Of a stretch of DNA of 64,000 nucleotides, positions 37,164-50,600 are shown piece by piece. This stretch comes from Octopus bimaculoides (Eukaryota). Location of the stretch: the NCBI RefSeq assembly GCF_001194135.2, contig NC_068983.1:91857579-91921578 (forward strand), written 5' to 3'. Both the position numbers and the translations under genes were made by a program. The notes under the pieces are model-generated. The model was given only the letters and a program-made list of their open reading frames with translations, was not told where the DNA came from and searched no databases. The first letter of the stretch is position 1. Each line of letters starts with the position of its first letter.

Positions 37164-38339
37164 TCATTTCATCATGTTAAACTGTTAATCCCAACTCATT
37201 TTTTTCTCCCTTCATTTTTTCCTCTCATCCATTTCAAAGAGCATAAGCTTGTAACATCAAAGACTTTTTCATTCTTTCTGAATGTCACCTGCTTGTTGTT
37301 CCCTTATCTGTCTTTGTCATTTGTTTTCTGTACATTTGAACTATATACATGTATATATATATATATATATACATATATATATTTTATCATACAAAAAAGT
37401 GTAAGTGTCTTGAGAGAAAAATTGGGCATAAGAGACATCCGATAAGAAGACTGCATTGGTACTGTCATGTGATGCGTATGGACAAGGACAGTTGTGTAAA
37501 GAAGTGCCGATCTCTACCTGTGAAAGGAACCTGTAGAATTGGTATACCTAGGAAGCCAAGTGAAATCGTAGGTGTCGCCAGTGTCAGTGACATGTAAAAG
37601 GCTCCTGTGCTGGTGACACAAAAAAAGCACATGTGAAGCTGTTTCACATATATATATTTGGATGCATTCATGGTTCAATTTTATCAATCGAGCAATTGAT
37701 AAAATTGAACCATAAAAGCACCCTAATGCATACCTGAAACAGCTGTAAGCCTATAATAAATAAATAAATAAATAAATAAATAAATGTATATAACCCATTA
37801 TTTCTGTCTATTTTATGTATCACTCTGTAAAAGCATTCTATTTAACTGGGTAGTGCAGCCCTGAATTTACAAATTTGACTGGTGATGGACTTCAACTTTG
37901 GCTTTTGAGTTTGGATTACCTGAGGTACAATAGCAATCATAACATTTTTTTGTTAGTCTGGTATATTTTTATCTACAGAGAGCTGAATAAATATTTCACC
38001 TGGATTAATATCCCTTATTAACTTCTCTTTGTTTTATTTATATGTGTGTGTGTGTATACACACACACACACACACACAATGTTATGCTTGATATGCAAGA
38101 AAGAGTATGCATGAATTTCATTCAGTGTACTTAATATAAACTGTGAGTTTGCAAGATAGTAGGCTCACAGAGAAAAAAAATACTTTGTATGTGACGTATG
38201 TACAGAATAGTTAGAACATCAGTAAAATAAATTCTTTTCCATTGCTTGGAAAGTGTCATGTTGAAAGCTTCTGTTAGCTAATCAGCAATGGATGTAGGTG
38301 CTCTGAAAGCATTATTGCCTGAATAAGAAAGGGGTGAAA

Positions 38340-38760
38340 AAGCTCTGGGGACAGTTAGTTACCTCAGCTGGCAACAAAGGGATTCTCTCTTCAACTGAAG
38401 ATTGAATGATGCTTCTGTATGAAGTGTTACGTTGCAAGGCAGTGAGATGTGGGCACTAAATGAGAGGATGAGTGAAGATTGGAAAGAAATGAAGTGAGCA
38501 TGCTTTGCTGGATGTGCAATGTTAGTGTACATGAACAAGGCACAAATGAGATTAAAGAAAAACTTGGGATGAGGGAATAAGATGTAGTGTGCAGAAGAGA
38601 ATACTACTCTGCTAAGGACATGGAATATATATGGATAATGATAGTTTGGTAAAGAAGTGACAGGAGATCCAAGTGAACAGAAGCTGTGGATTAAGAATGT
38701 CATGGTTAAGAGAGATACTGATTAGGAGGATGTTGTGTCACACTAAGGAGATGACAATGG
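38340..38760 (+). mobile_element. RTE fragment, old
   Basis: Decayed homolog of 18100-18500 (GGAAAGAAATGAAGTGAGCATGC). Confidence 0.65.
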
Positions 38761-38959
38761 AAAGCAATGAATGTACAGCACTAAATGAAAAATAACTGTT
38801 GGAACACAGTTACTGCACCACACAGTTTCTAGGTGACAGTCATATTAAGATGACTGCTTCTACATCATTTAAATCAAGAGATATGTATCTCATTAAACAT
38901 TTCTCTTCATGGGAAATAAATTATGTAAACCAGTTCAGATTATTTGTAACAGAGACAGG

Positions 38960-39115
38960 TATGGCTGTGCAATCATGAAGCTTGCTAACCAAGCATGGTT
39001 TCAGTCTCATTGCATGGCACTTTTATAGTTTTGGCCAACAAAAGACTTGTACATGAATTTTGTAGATATAAACTGAAAGAAACCTATTGTATGTACACAG
39101 ACATCTCAAGAGTAA
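38960..39115 (+). mobile_element. tRNA-derived SINE 5' half
   Basis: GGTATGGCTGTG...AAGCTTGCT...AACTGAAAGAAACC, same family as 2954-3092. Confidence 0.6.
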
Positions 39116-39181
39116 ATAGATACCCCTCATTATTCCATTTTATATGTGGAGACTACCTGGTACTTCAAGCTTGTTCATGTA

Positions 39182-39857
39182 TAGGGAAGTCCAGAAGTCA
39201 CGAAGGAGTTTCAATATTTAACATCTCGTTTATTTTGTTTAAAAATTGTGATATTTTAGTAGGTAAATTATAGAAAAACGATGTGAGATTTATTTCTCCT
39301 AGGTGTGAAAGATAGCCCCATAGAAAAAATTCTGGAGCAGTTAGATCTGGAGAATGAGATGGCCAGTTTATCTCTGGAAATCGAGAAATTAATTTTCTAT
39401 CAAAAATTTGCCTGAGGATTTCCATTGTGCTCCTTGCTGTGTGAGCTGTGGTTCCATCCTGCTGAAACTACATACCAGACATATCTTGAACTGCTGGACG
39501 TAAGAAATTCTGGATCATGGAGTGGTATTCATCTCTAGTGATAATAACAGTGCCTCCATCCTTGTTTTCTGAAGTCATCCTACACATATTCTTGGAAAGT
39601 CACTTACTGATCCTTGATCCTCAAAAAGTCCAGTTAATCACCTGATAATCACTTGGATAATTCATTGCTCCATAATTTTGACAATATGCTTGTTGAATCT
39701 AAATTTTTAATCCTTAGTTTTGGTAATAAAATTTCACAATATGTGTTCACTGTTCAGTAGTGTACTTTTCCATACTTAAATTTTAGGGTCTGAAATAAAA
39801 TAATTATTAAAAAAGTTATTGAATATTGAAACCTCTTTGTGACTTCTGTCCACCCTG
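39182..39857 (-). mobile_element. Internally deleted maT/DD37D-like transposon
   Basis: WPSHSPDLTAPEFFLWGYL (ORF 39198-39425). Degenerate TIRs ...CAGAAGTCAC..AG..TTTCAATATT occur at both ends, TA-flanked. Confidence 0.7.
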
Positions 39858-39889
39858 TATTAATATTTTCTATATTGTTTATAGTAACT

Positions 39890-40640
39890 AACCATGCTGT
39901 GAAAAGAGTTGTCTCATATTCAAAGAAGGCATATTGTAGGTCTATCTAAGGGTAAATTTAGCCAGCACACGACTGCACAAAACCTTTGGATTCCTCTTGC
40001 CACAGAGAGGCTGTACAATCCATCAGCAAATGAAAGGAGTGAGGTAATAAGATGTTGGAAAGGTCCATGGGGTTCTGGGAAACTGTCATATTCTCAAATG
40101 AATCAAGATTTGCACAACTTTCTGACAGTGGATGTGTGTGAGTCTGGAGATTGCCTGCCTAATCAAGAGTCTGATTTAACAAACTGTGAAACAAGGCGTT
40201 TTTTCAGTGATGGTATAGGGAGAAATCTGGAGTACTGATTGTTGAGAACTGTAAGTGTATTGGCGATATAAATTTGGAAAAATACCCTTCCATCCTTCAG
40301 AATGAACTTTTCACAATTTTCTCCAGTAGTCAGATGGTAAAAAATGACACCTTATTTATGGAAGATGGTGCTCAATGCCACACAGTCATAAAAGACCATT
40401 GACAGACAGGAGTAAAACAGAATCAGAAGAGTTCTTTGGTCAAGCCAGTCTACTGATATGAACCCAATTGAATACTTTTGTGGCATACTGGACTGAGTAG
40501 TGTAAAAAAACAAAAAAAAAAAAAGCATGAAAACTAACATTTATTCAACGTGGGCAGAAATTCTAAGGGATATAATTCATTAGTACATTGCAAATGGGCT
40601 AAGTCTTTAAAAACAGCACAGTTGCACAGAGTATAAATAC
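39890..40640 (+). pseudogene. Tc1-like transposase remnant
   Basis: FMEDGAQCHT and WSSQSTDMNPIE (a WP.QSPD.NPIE-like motif). Confidence 0.7.
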
Positions 40641-41449
40641 ATCAAATGACTGTGTGTGTGGGTGTATACACACTCAAATCTGGTCCTGTGTCGCAAGACA
40701 GTGTAGGAGAGAGAATAGTGATGTAGTAGGAGAGAANNNNNNNNNNNNNNNNNNNNNNNNNNNNNNNNNNNNNNNNNNNNNNNNNNNNNNNNNNNNNNNN
40801 NNNNNNNNNNNNNNNNNNNNNNNNNNNNNNNNNNNNACCCATGCTAGCATGGAAAGTGGACGTTAAACAATGATGATGATGATGATCCATTCACTTTGCA
40901 TTTTACCATTGCATCACCCTTAATTTAACATGCCTCTTCTTTAAGGTAATATGTAGCCTGCTTGCTGTTGTTCTCTCAATATCAGTAGTTTTGCCTCTCA
41001 TACATGAAAGTTTTTGCAGCTCGCTTGTTCACATTACCACTCCCACTGCCTACATTGGAAATCTTTTTCCTGTCCCCCACTGATCCTTTTTGTCTGTATC
41101 AGCAATGAATCAACTTACTCCCTCCCCAAAACTTGCTGACCTTGTGCCAACATTTGAAATCATTATTTATTTAACTATGTATAAATAACAGTTGTAAACT
41201 ACTCTAGTAGCAAATGCAGCAAGTGCAAAATGAAAGATTGATGGTAAATTACATGTGAGTACAAACCAAAAGTGTGTAAATCTGCCAGCTGCTAGCAAAC
41301 CAGAGCACAATCCTTGTTATCTCTCACAAGTGCAAATGTATTTATGTAGTAATCAACCAACCATCAAAGAGCTTTCTAATTGACAATACACCCCACCCAT
41401 TTCCTGTGGATTCCAAAAATTTAGGAGAGTAACCATAAATAAGAGCACA

Positions 41450-44400
41450 ATAAAAGTTAGATCTGGTGAGACTGTGGAAATGCTAAAGTGGAGATGAGGA
41501 GATGTTTGCTATGTGCAGGAGGTAAGATAGAAAGGATCCTCAACAAAACTTGTCATGGGCAAAAGGCAGATACAAATTCGTTTGTGGGAGTAATAGAAAT
41601 GGAGTAGGCATACTGTTAGCTGAGAAATGGACAGAAAAAGTAATTGAGACAGTTGGGGTATGTGGGAAGACAATCAAGGTGAGACAAGTTATAGGCAACT
41701 CAACAACAACAGATATTTCAGCATATGCCCCAGAGGCAGGATTAAGAGATGGACCACTCCTATAAGGCCCTTCTGCAAACTTCCTTGATGATAATTGATA
41801 GTAACTTCATTATCATGGCTGGTAATTTCAATGGTCATGCTGGCCAACATGCCAATGGCTTCCATGACATACAAGAAAGCTATGGATATAGTGAGAGAAA
41901 TGAGGAGGATGAGGAGTTCTGTGACGCAAAAATATCTAACTATTTGCACAACACACTTTAGGAAACCAGCCAACTACCTCATCACCTACCAATCTGGCTT
42001 ACACACAAATTGGATAGATTATGTTTCAACAAGAAAAGAAACAGAAGAGCTATTGTAAATACCAAAATCTGGTGAAGAATGCATTATACAACACAGATTA
42101 GTGGCTGGTGACTTCAGAGTAAGGGCTAGGCAGATGCAGAGATGAATGACAACATAGAAAAGGGAGGTAGAATTAGATACTGTAGTATAGATGAAAACTG
42201 GGAATTTTACAAAATAACTTCCTCAAGACATAGCTGGAACAAACATAGCTGGAGCAAAGCCCCAACCAAAATGAAAGTATCATGGTAGTGCAACAATATG
42301 ATTGATAGAACAGTAAAGGCTAAGAAACAGGTATGGAAACCCTGGTAGGAAGGTGGTAGTAGGGAGCATAGGGAAGTGGTTAGAGGAGCAGCTAGGTAAC
42401 ATATTTATATATTTGGCTAAGGGCAAGGCAGAGAGGAAGAGATATGAGCATGACTTGCAACATGAAACTTGGAGGTGTGATATGTTCAGAATTGTGAGAT
42501 GGTACGTGAGAGAGAACTAAAATGTCATTGGTGAAAAGTGTATTTAGAATTATAAAGGCACACTCAGTGTCAATATGGAAGACATGAAAGTAGCACAGAA
42601 GTGCTATTATGAGAACTTGTTGAACATGGAGAATGCATAGGGTAAAGAGGGGCTACCTTGTGCTGACCCTACAGAGGGACTGGCATTCCAAATTAGAAGC
42701 AGCATAGTAGATAAAACAATCAAGGACGTGACAAGAGGCAGAGCTGCAGATCCATCATGGATAATTGTAGAGATGCTTAAAATATTTGGGGAGATAAGGT
42801 ACAGCATTACCAACCAGATAGTAAATGAAGTTATATGAGGAGGAGTCATACCCAATGACTAGCATAGCAGTATCATTGTACTCTGCTAAAAGATGCTTTA
42901 GAGAAATGCAGTCACAGAGAAAGTCACTGCACAATTAATTCATGACAGAACAGATCTAGATGAGATGCAGTCTGGTTTTATGCCTGGAAGAGGTACCATG
43001 GATGGAATCTTCATAGTGAGACAACTACGGGAGAAATACTTGGCTAAGAGTAAACAATTACTTCTAGCCTTTGACAGAGAAGCACATATGGTAATCTGGT
43101 GGTCACTAAGGAAATCAGGAATTGAGAAATGGCTTGTGAAGTGAGTGTCAACAACTTCAGGGAGGAATTTAGCATGAGTGGTTGAGTCCATCAAGGCTCA
43201 GTTTTCAGTCCCATCCTATTCACCATAATCCTACAGGTCATCACAATGGGGTTTAAGACTGACTCTCCATGGAAACGCCTATCTGCTAATAATCTAGTTA
43301 TAATAGGTGAATCTGCTATAGTGAAAATGGTACACTCCTTCCCACGTGACAAAGTAGTATGAACCAGACACTATAAAGTCAGACAGTTAGTCATTGCAGG
43401 AGATCAGTAGTAGTAGTAGTAGTAGAGTCGTTGTATGAGTTCTCATTCAGAGTCAGTGTCAGTTATGTGATATATAAGAGTTCTAGTTACGTTCAAGGTA
43501 GATGTTTCAAAGTCATTGCCTTGAGGAGCTATCACGAATAGCATGATAGACGAATGAGTCAAAGATAATAAGACATGGAATACTGTCACAACATAATAAT
43601 GGTGACAAGAATATTACAGTGCTAATGACAACATACAAGTGGACGAGGATCCACATTATAACAGTGGCAACAAAGATATAAACAATTCACGCAGAAAATA
43701 TTTAAGAAAAAACTTTTTTTCATGAGAAAATAAACAATTCATGTGGATGATGTTGAAAAACTTTCATGTGGAGAAATTAAAAACCCAACAGATGAGTAAC
43801 AAACATTTTTATTGGATATATTTAAAAACAAAAATCCGTAAAATTATGGAAAATTTGTTACAGAGTTTAGTTGAGTTGCAAAAGAAGCAACAAAACAACT
43901 CAAAGAACAAGAACTACAACAAATGTTACAGCAACATAAGCTACAACTAATGAAGTTGGTAACAAAACTGGAAAATACGTTTTCGCCAGACCATGTAGCA
44001 AATTCAATAAATGAATTTAAATATGACCTGGAAAAAGGAATCCCTTTCCAGGCATATTACTGAAGATTTGAATAAATTTTTGAAAAAGAATGTCAAGACT
44101 GGATGGTTGAAATGAAAATGCATCTAATTCTGAGGAAACTGGTGATGATAGAGCATGAGAAATACTGTAATTTCATATTGCCTAAAAAAGTTTCTGACAT
44201 AAATTTCATGGACAAAATTGACATTTTATGTAAGATGTTTAGTGAAAAAACATCATTGTTCAACACACATTGGAAGTGTTTGAACACTAGTAAAAGTGAT
44301 GACGAAGACTTTACCACATATGTGAGTAGAGTGAATAGAGAGTGTGAGAGATTTAAACTGGATCAACTAACTCCGGTGTCATTCAAGTGCCTGATTTTTA

Positions 44401-47400
44401 CTGAGGGACTAATTGCTAAAACGGACGCAGAAGTCAGAAGAGTGTGATATGATATTAAAAGTAAGGCAAGACAGAAGAAATCCAATGCAGAGATTGTTTA
44501 CAGATAAAACAAGTGCAAAAATGGCAGAAGATGGATAAAGTGTTTCACAAAAAACATGATATATATCAGGAGATAAACCCATGTATGGCATATTGTGGTA
44601 GGCACCTGAGAAAAAAGTGTCCATTCTAAAAAGCAAAGTGTTTTTGTTGTGGGAACACAGGACACATTAAATCACACTGCAGAACTAAGATGATGAAAAA
44701 TTAGACCAAACAAGAAAAAATAAATAGTTTGTCATCAGAGAAAAAGTTTGTACTACGAACAGAAAATTCATCAAGGTGAGAATTGAAACCATTAGTGTCA
44801 AAATGCAATTAGACATGAGTAGTGACATCACTATCATAAATGGAGAAACATGGCAACAAATCAGTAAGCCAAAATTATTTAAATCAAATAAAGTAGCTGA
44901 TAGTGTTACAGGAAAGAAATTATATTTCATCGGTGAATGTATTTGCAATGTAACTTTACAAGGTGAAATGAAAAGGTCAATCATTTATGTGTTGAAAAAA
45001 ATTACTAAACCTATATGGCACAGAATGTATGGAGTTATTTGAAAAAAAATTATAGCCAAATTGAAAAAGAGGCATTAGCAATTATAATTGGCACAAAAAA
45101 GTTCCACAGATAGATGGTTTAGACTACAAACAGATCGTTGCCCATTGCTAACAATTTATGGATCCAAGAAAGAAATCCCAGTACATACAGCAAACAGGTT
45201 GCAGCGTTGGGGCACCATACTACTAAACTACAACTACGCAATGGAATATTTACCTTCGAAAAAGCTAGGACATGCTGATGGCTTATCTAGGTTAATACCC
45301 AGAAATGGTGAACCATCCGAGAATAGAGTAATAGCAGCCCTAAGAGCCAAAGGGGAAATTAAACACATAATGTGGAACATTGTATGAGAGTTACCAATAA
45401 CTCTGGAGGAGATAAAGTGACACGCCTCAAAGACAAGTTCATTAATGAAGCAAAAAAAAAAAAAAAATTCTGTGGTCAGTGAAAGAAAACAAAAAATTTT
45501 GGTAAGAAAAAACAAGAGGTAAACATGTATTTAACATGTGATGGTGTACTGATGTATGGCCAAAGGGTAGTGATACCTGAGACTCTACAAAAAGCAATTT
45601 TGAAAGGATTCCATGTTGGACATTCAGGAATTGCAAGGATAAAAGTGCTTATGTGTATTGACTGAACATGGACAAGGAAGTTGAAAAGGTAGTAAAAGGC
45701 TGCAGAGGATGTGCTTTGGCAGCAAAATTGTCTACTCAAAACTGGGAACCTTGGCCAGAAGTAAAAAGTCCATACTCAAGACTACACATCGATTTTGCGA
45801 GCCAGTTAAATGGTTATTACTACTTAGTAGTAGTTGACAGTTTTACAAAATGGCTAGAAATTGTTGAGTGCAAAAGACCAACCTCTGTAACAGTAATAAA
45901 TTTTTGCATGAATTATTCATAAGATTTGGCAATCCAGACGTGATTGTGTCTGATAATGGAACACAATTTGTGTCCAGTGAATTTAGAAAATTCTGCGAAA
46001 TGTTCACGGTAGAACATAAAACGACAGTGCCTTACATCCCAGATCAAATGGACAGGCAGAATGTTTTGTGGACATTTTTAAAAGAGCTTTGAGAAAAGCA
46101 AACAAGGAAGCCACAGACGAAGTCACTCTGCAGCAATTCCTAAGGGTATACAGGGTGACATTGAACCCAGCAAGAAGCTCACAAGCTGAACTGATGTTTG
46201 TGAGAAAGTGAAAAAAAGTTTTTGATAAACTGTTATCTGGTGAGGAAAGAAAAAGTACCAGGAAAGACAATCCAAAATTTTTCAAAATTGGTGGGTCGTA
46301 TAAAAATGGAAAACAATGCTGAGATGAAGGTAAAATTACTAAGTACATAGGAAAAATGATGTATGGAATTAAAAGCAGAAAAGGTATCAAAAAAGACACA
46401 GAAACAAATTGAAGAAGAGATTCATAGAAAATGAACCAGACAGATTGGAAGAATATATTGAATGGCTGATTGACACATTCCAGGTACCAACACTGTTACA
46501 GGTGCCTGAACCCACATGTGCAAGTGGAAGAAAAAGGAAGAACACAGAGTTCCTACAGATAGATGCCAAAAAGAAAAATATTAAATAAAGTAAAATAAAA
46601 TTACCTGCTTCTCAAAGAAAACAAAACAAAAAAAAACTAAAAGGGGAGATGTAGTGAAAATGATACACTCCTTCCCACGTAGCAAAGGGTATACAGGGTG
46701 ACACTGAACCCCAATACACCAGTAGGAAGCTAACCAGCTAAACTGATGTTTGCGAGAAAGGTGAAATAAATGTTTGATAAACTGTTATCTGGTGAGGAAA
46801 GAAAAAGTATCAGGAAAGACAGTCCAAAATTTTTCAAAATTGGTGATAAGGTGTACATGAGGGTCACATAAAAAACAGAAAACGATACTGGGAAGGAGGT
46901 AAAATTACAAAGTACATAGGAAATATGATGTGTGGAATTAAAAGCAGAAAAGGTTTCGAAAAAGACAGAAACAAATTGAAGAAGAGATTCATAGAACCAG
47001 ACAGATTGGAAGAACATATGGAATGGTTGTATGACGCATTCCACTATAAAGTCAGTCAGTCAGTTGCTGTGGGAGGTCAGTAGTAGTAGAGTTGTATGAA
47101 TTCTCAGTTGGAGTCAGTGTCAGTTACATGATATATACGAGTATGAGTTACCATTAAGGTAGACATTTCAAAGTTGTCTTGTGGAGCTGTCATGATGGAC
47201 AAGTCAAAGATAAAAAGATGTGGAATACCGCCACAACATAATAGTGGCGACAAGAATATTACAGTGCTGATGACAACATACAAGTGGATGAAGATCCACA
47301 TTATAACAGAATCTATATAGGAATTAGAGAAGAAATTCTGGGCATGGAAGCTAAACTTAGAATCAAAAAGTCTTAAGATAAACTTAGTAAAGAAAGGTTT

Positions 47401-48160
47401 TAGTAAGTAGTAAAGACAGGACACAAGTACCTTCAGGGTACCTAATGTAAGCTATGGACATACAGGAGATGTAGAGGAAGTACAGGTAGACTAGCAGAGA
47501 ATGTAAGCTTCACATGTGATAGATGCACTGAAGCAGTACATTCTATGAACACATCAGAAATAGATACCCTTGAATACCTGACTGGTTCTCTAGATGTAGA
47601 AGACGGCTTTTGCTATTTTGGAGATGTCACCAGCAAGAGAAGTGGTTGCTCCAAAAGTATAGCAGGTAGTGTAAAGAACAGGCTGGAGGAAGTTCAGGGA
47701 GAACTATCACTGCTGGTAACAAGAGTCTTTCTACAAAAAGTGCAGGGCAAACTGTATCATGCTTGTGTTAGAACTGCAATACTGCATGGAGGTAAGACAT
47801 GGGTTTTGAAAGTAGAGGACATGAAAAGACTGGAAAGAAATGAAGTGAGAATGCTCCATTGGATGTGTAATCTAAGTGTGCATGAATGACATACTATGAA
47901 CATGCTGAGAAAAACTGGGCATAAGAGGAAGCAGACGTAGTGTGCAAGAAAGAAGACTGTGCTAGTATGGACATGTGATGTGTATGGATGAGACAGTTGT
48001 ATAAAGAAATGCTGATCACAAAGCATGGCTGGAGCTTGTGGATGAAGGAAATCCAGAAAGATATAGGACAAAGTGGTGAAGGCTGCCTTCAGGATTCTGA
48101 GCCTCACAAAGAACACATGGTTCTTGAGAAGACACAATGAGACTAACTTCTGGAAGCACT
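41450..48160 (+). mobile_element. RTE LINE (APE plus RT remnant) split by a gypsy insertion
   Basis: NGVGILLAEKW, IMAGNFNGH and an RT region up to 43313. The RTE sequence resumes in register at 47309 after the GAATC duplication. Confidence 0.8.
43314..47308 (+). mobile_element. Ty3/gypsy (Mag-like) LTR retrotransposon lacking RT, decayed
   Basis: LTRs lie at 43314-43663 and 46650-47308 (TG...CA) with TSD GAATC, PBS-like TGGCAACAAAG at 43665 and PPT AAAAGGGGAGA. It carries gag (VNRECERFKL), protease (MQLDMSSD), RNase H (LQRWGTILLNY, HADGLSRL) and integrase (LHIDFA, VVVDSFTKW, IVSDNGTQF). Confidence 0.9.
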
Positions 48161-48844
48161 GTGAGTGTAAATATGTGTGTGTGCATAAATGGGCATCTCA
48201 TTTAATCAATCTCCTTCTCACATCATCCCCACTACATCTCTCCCATTGCAGCTCTGTCTCCCACTCCTGATACTACTTTTCTTTCTTGCTATCAAAACCA
48301 TTTCACTTGTTAGCCATTCTTCATCCATTAATATTGTTCTCTACACCCACAGGTTACATTGGTAGTCCCCCTCCCCCAACTGAACCACTAATTTTCTTTC
48401 TTCATATACTATACCTGTCTCTCTCTCTTTCTCCCCTCTCATGCAGCTTACCCAGCAACATGCGATCGCTCCATTTTTCTCCTCCTGTCAACTGTATCAT
48501 CATTATCATGTTGCTGCTCTTTCCTACTCTCTTCTTGCAAGGAAGAGCAGCTTTTTACCTTCCCTAAAAATGATGATGTTTTATGTTTCTTTTTTTCAGG
48601 AAATAATCAGCAGAGTTAGATAGCTTAAAGTTGTAGTTGAAAAAAAGCTAGCATTGAGGGTTGGAAGCCATCTGAATATTGGAAAATAGTTATCTGTATT
48701 ATGATGATTCCTGCTGAGTATCAATATGCTAACAGTATAACTACTACTCAATGCTTTGTGACTACTGTAAAGGTAGTAAAATGATATGGACATCATGAAA
48801 ACCAAGTTCACCCAAAGACCATTGCAGTTTGGGTGAACTTGGTC

Positions 48845-49260
48845 TTTCCAGGGAGGGTGACCAGGCCTTAGACTCAGTTCAGATGGCTATGTGAAGCTGC
48901 TGCAGACCATGGTCAATTCCTGAGTGGAGAGGATTGCTGTTGGAAGGTCAAATATGTGGCGGCAGTATTCAGCTCCTTGTCATGCCTCTGGACAGAAGCA
49001 AGTGGTTGTTGGAGAATTTCTATGACTTTCTTAGTCCCAATTTCTGGCCTCCTAATTCCCGATTGTAATCTCATAGATGACTATGTGTGGGGCATGGTCA
49101 AGAAAGACAACAACTGTTCCGCCAGCAACACCAAGGTCAAGCAGGTCTCCAAGATCAAAGAGGTGAGGTGTTCAAAGATTTCCCACAGACAGTGAGGAAC
49201 ACATGCGTCAGGTTCTAGAGCCATCTTGAGGCCGTGGTAGGAACTGAGGGTGAAACTGCT
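48845..49260 (+). pseudogene. maT/mariner-like transposase C-terminal remnant
   Basis: A frameshifted WPPNS.PDCNL.DDYVWGMV motif near 49040-49100. Confidence 0.55.
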
Positions 49261-49292
49261 ATCTCCAAAAAGTGGTAAATTTTGTATTTTCG

Positions 49293-49331
<39 letters not shown>

Positions 49332-49559
49332 TTGTATTATGAATTCAGAATTGATTTCCCAATTAAAGAATAAATTGTATTCCAATTGAAGAATCAAACG
49401 AATTTAGAAAAACAAATTTCGATACAACATATTTTGCTTTTTTTTTTCCCAATATATAAGGAACACTTTCATTCCTGGGTAATGCCTGGCACCTCTGTTA
49501 GTACTATATATATATTTAGAGAGAGAGAAAGTTATTATATGTATATATAGAGAGAGTTA

Positions 49560-50308
49560 TAGCTCCGTTGATTAGGAATAGAATTAAACTAGATGTGAGA
49601 CAGCTGCAGGAAAAGTATTTGGCCAAAAGTAAGCCATTGTAACTGGCTTTTGTCAGCCTGGAGAAAGGAAGTTAGGAGTAGCCTGGTCTCTAAGGAAGTT
49701 AGGAGTAGATGAGTAGCTTGTTAGAGTAATGAATTAAGATTTCACAAGTTGGGGTTCACCAGGACTCAGCCCACTCTTATTCATCATAGCCCTCCAGAGC
49801 ATAACAGAGGAATTCAAAACTGAATGCCCATGGAAACTACTATATGCTGATGACCTCGCTCTTATAGCAGAATTGAAGAAGAAATTCCAGGTATGGAAGC
49901 AAAACCTGGAATCAAAGGGCCTTAAAGTTAACATAGTGAAGACAAAAGTTGTTAGCAAAAAAGAAGGTAAGTCTCTTGCCATCCAAGAAATAGCCCTTTT
50001 CAATATGTAGAAAATGGGTTGGAAGTAATTCCATTAGCTGCACTCAGTGTAAGCTATGCTCACATATGAAGAAATCTTCATATGTGGCAGATATGCAGGA
50101 ACAATAAGCAATAAGGACGCATGGGAATTAGACTCCCTCAAATGCGTAGAAGGCTCTCTTGAGGTTGTAGATAGTTTCAGATACCTAGGTGAAAAATTAG
50201 CAATGGTGGAGGATGTTCTGAAAGTATTGTTTCTAGAATAGGATGGAAGATGTTCAGAGAGCTATTACCTCTGTTGGCAACAAAAGTACTCTCTCTCAGT
50301 GTGAAAGG
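49560..50308 (+). mobile_element. RTE fragment
   Basis: GLSPLLFII, LLYADDLAL and SFRYLG. Confidence 0.8.
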
Positions 50309-50310
50309 TA

Positions 50311-50600
50311 TTGGGTCATCCCATAAATAAAGTGGTTTTTTATACTTCTTTTATTTTTCAAAATTAAGATAAACAAAGTTCTCTTTTAATCTAAAATATA
50401 CTCTCCTTCATTTTCTACAATGCTCTTTCATCTATGTGGTAGACTTGCAAGGTGCCTCTTCCAAAATTCTCTTGTACACAATGAAAAATATTCCTTCAGT
50501 ACTGTTCTGACCTCATCTACAGAATTTATGTTCTTTTTCGTCCAAATGATTTTGAAGATTGTGGAATAAATAATCAGATGGGGTAATGTCAAAAATCTAA
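50311..50600 (-). mobile_element. Mariner 3' end with TIR
   Basis: TA|TTGGGTCATCCCATAAATAA resembles the 9276 TIR. The minus strand encodes SVDEVRTVLKEYFS...EFWKR...LPHRW. Confidence 0.7.

Noticed and set aside
39605-39700. GTAAGT donors (also near 36896 and 62312) considered as upstream GPALPP1 exons
   Set aside because: The frames are closed or lie inside transposon sequence, and none resembles the expected YN..KR.ESL...H.KK region.
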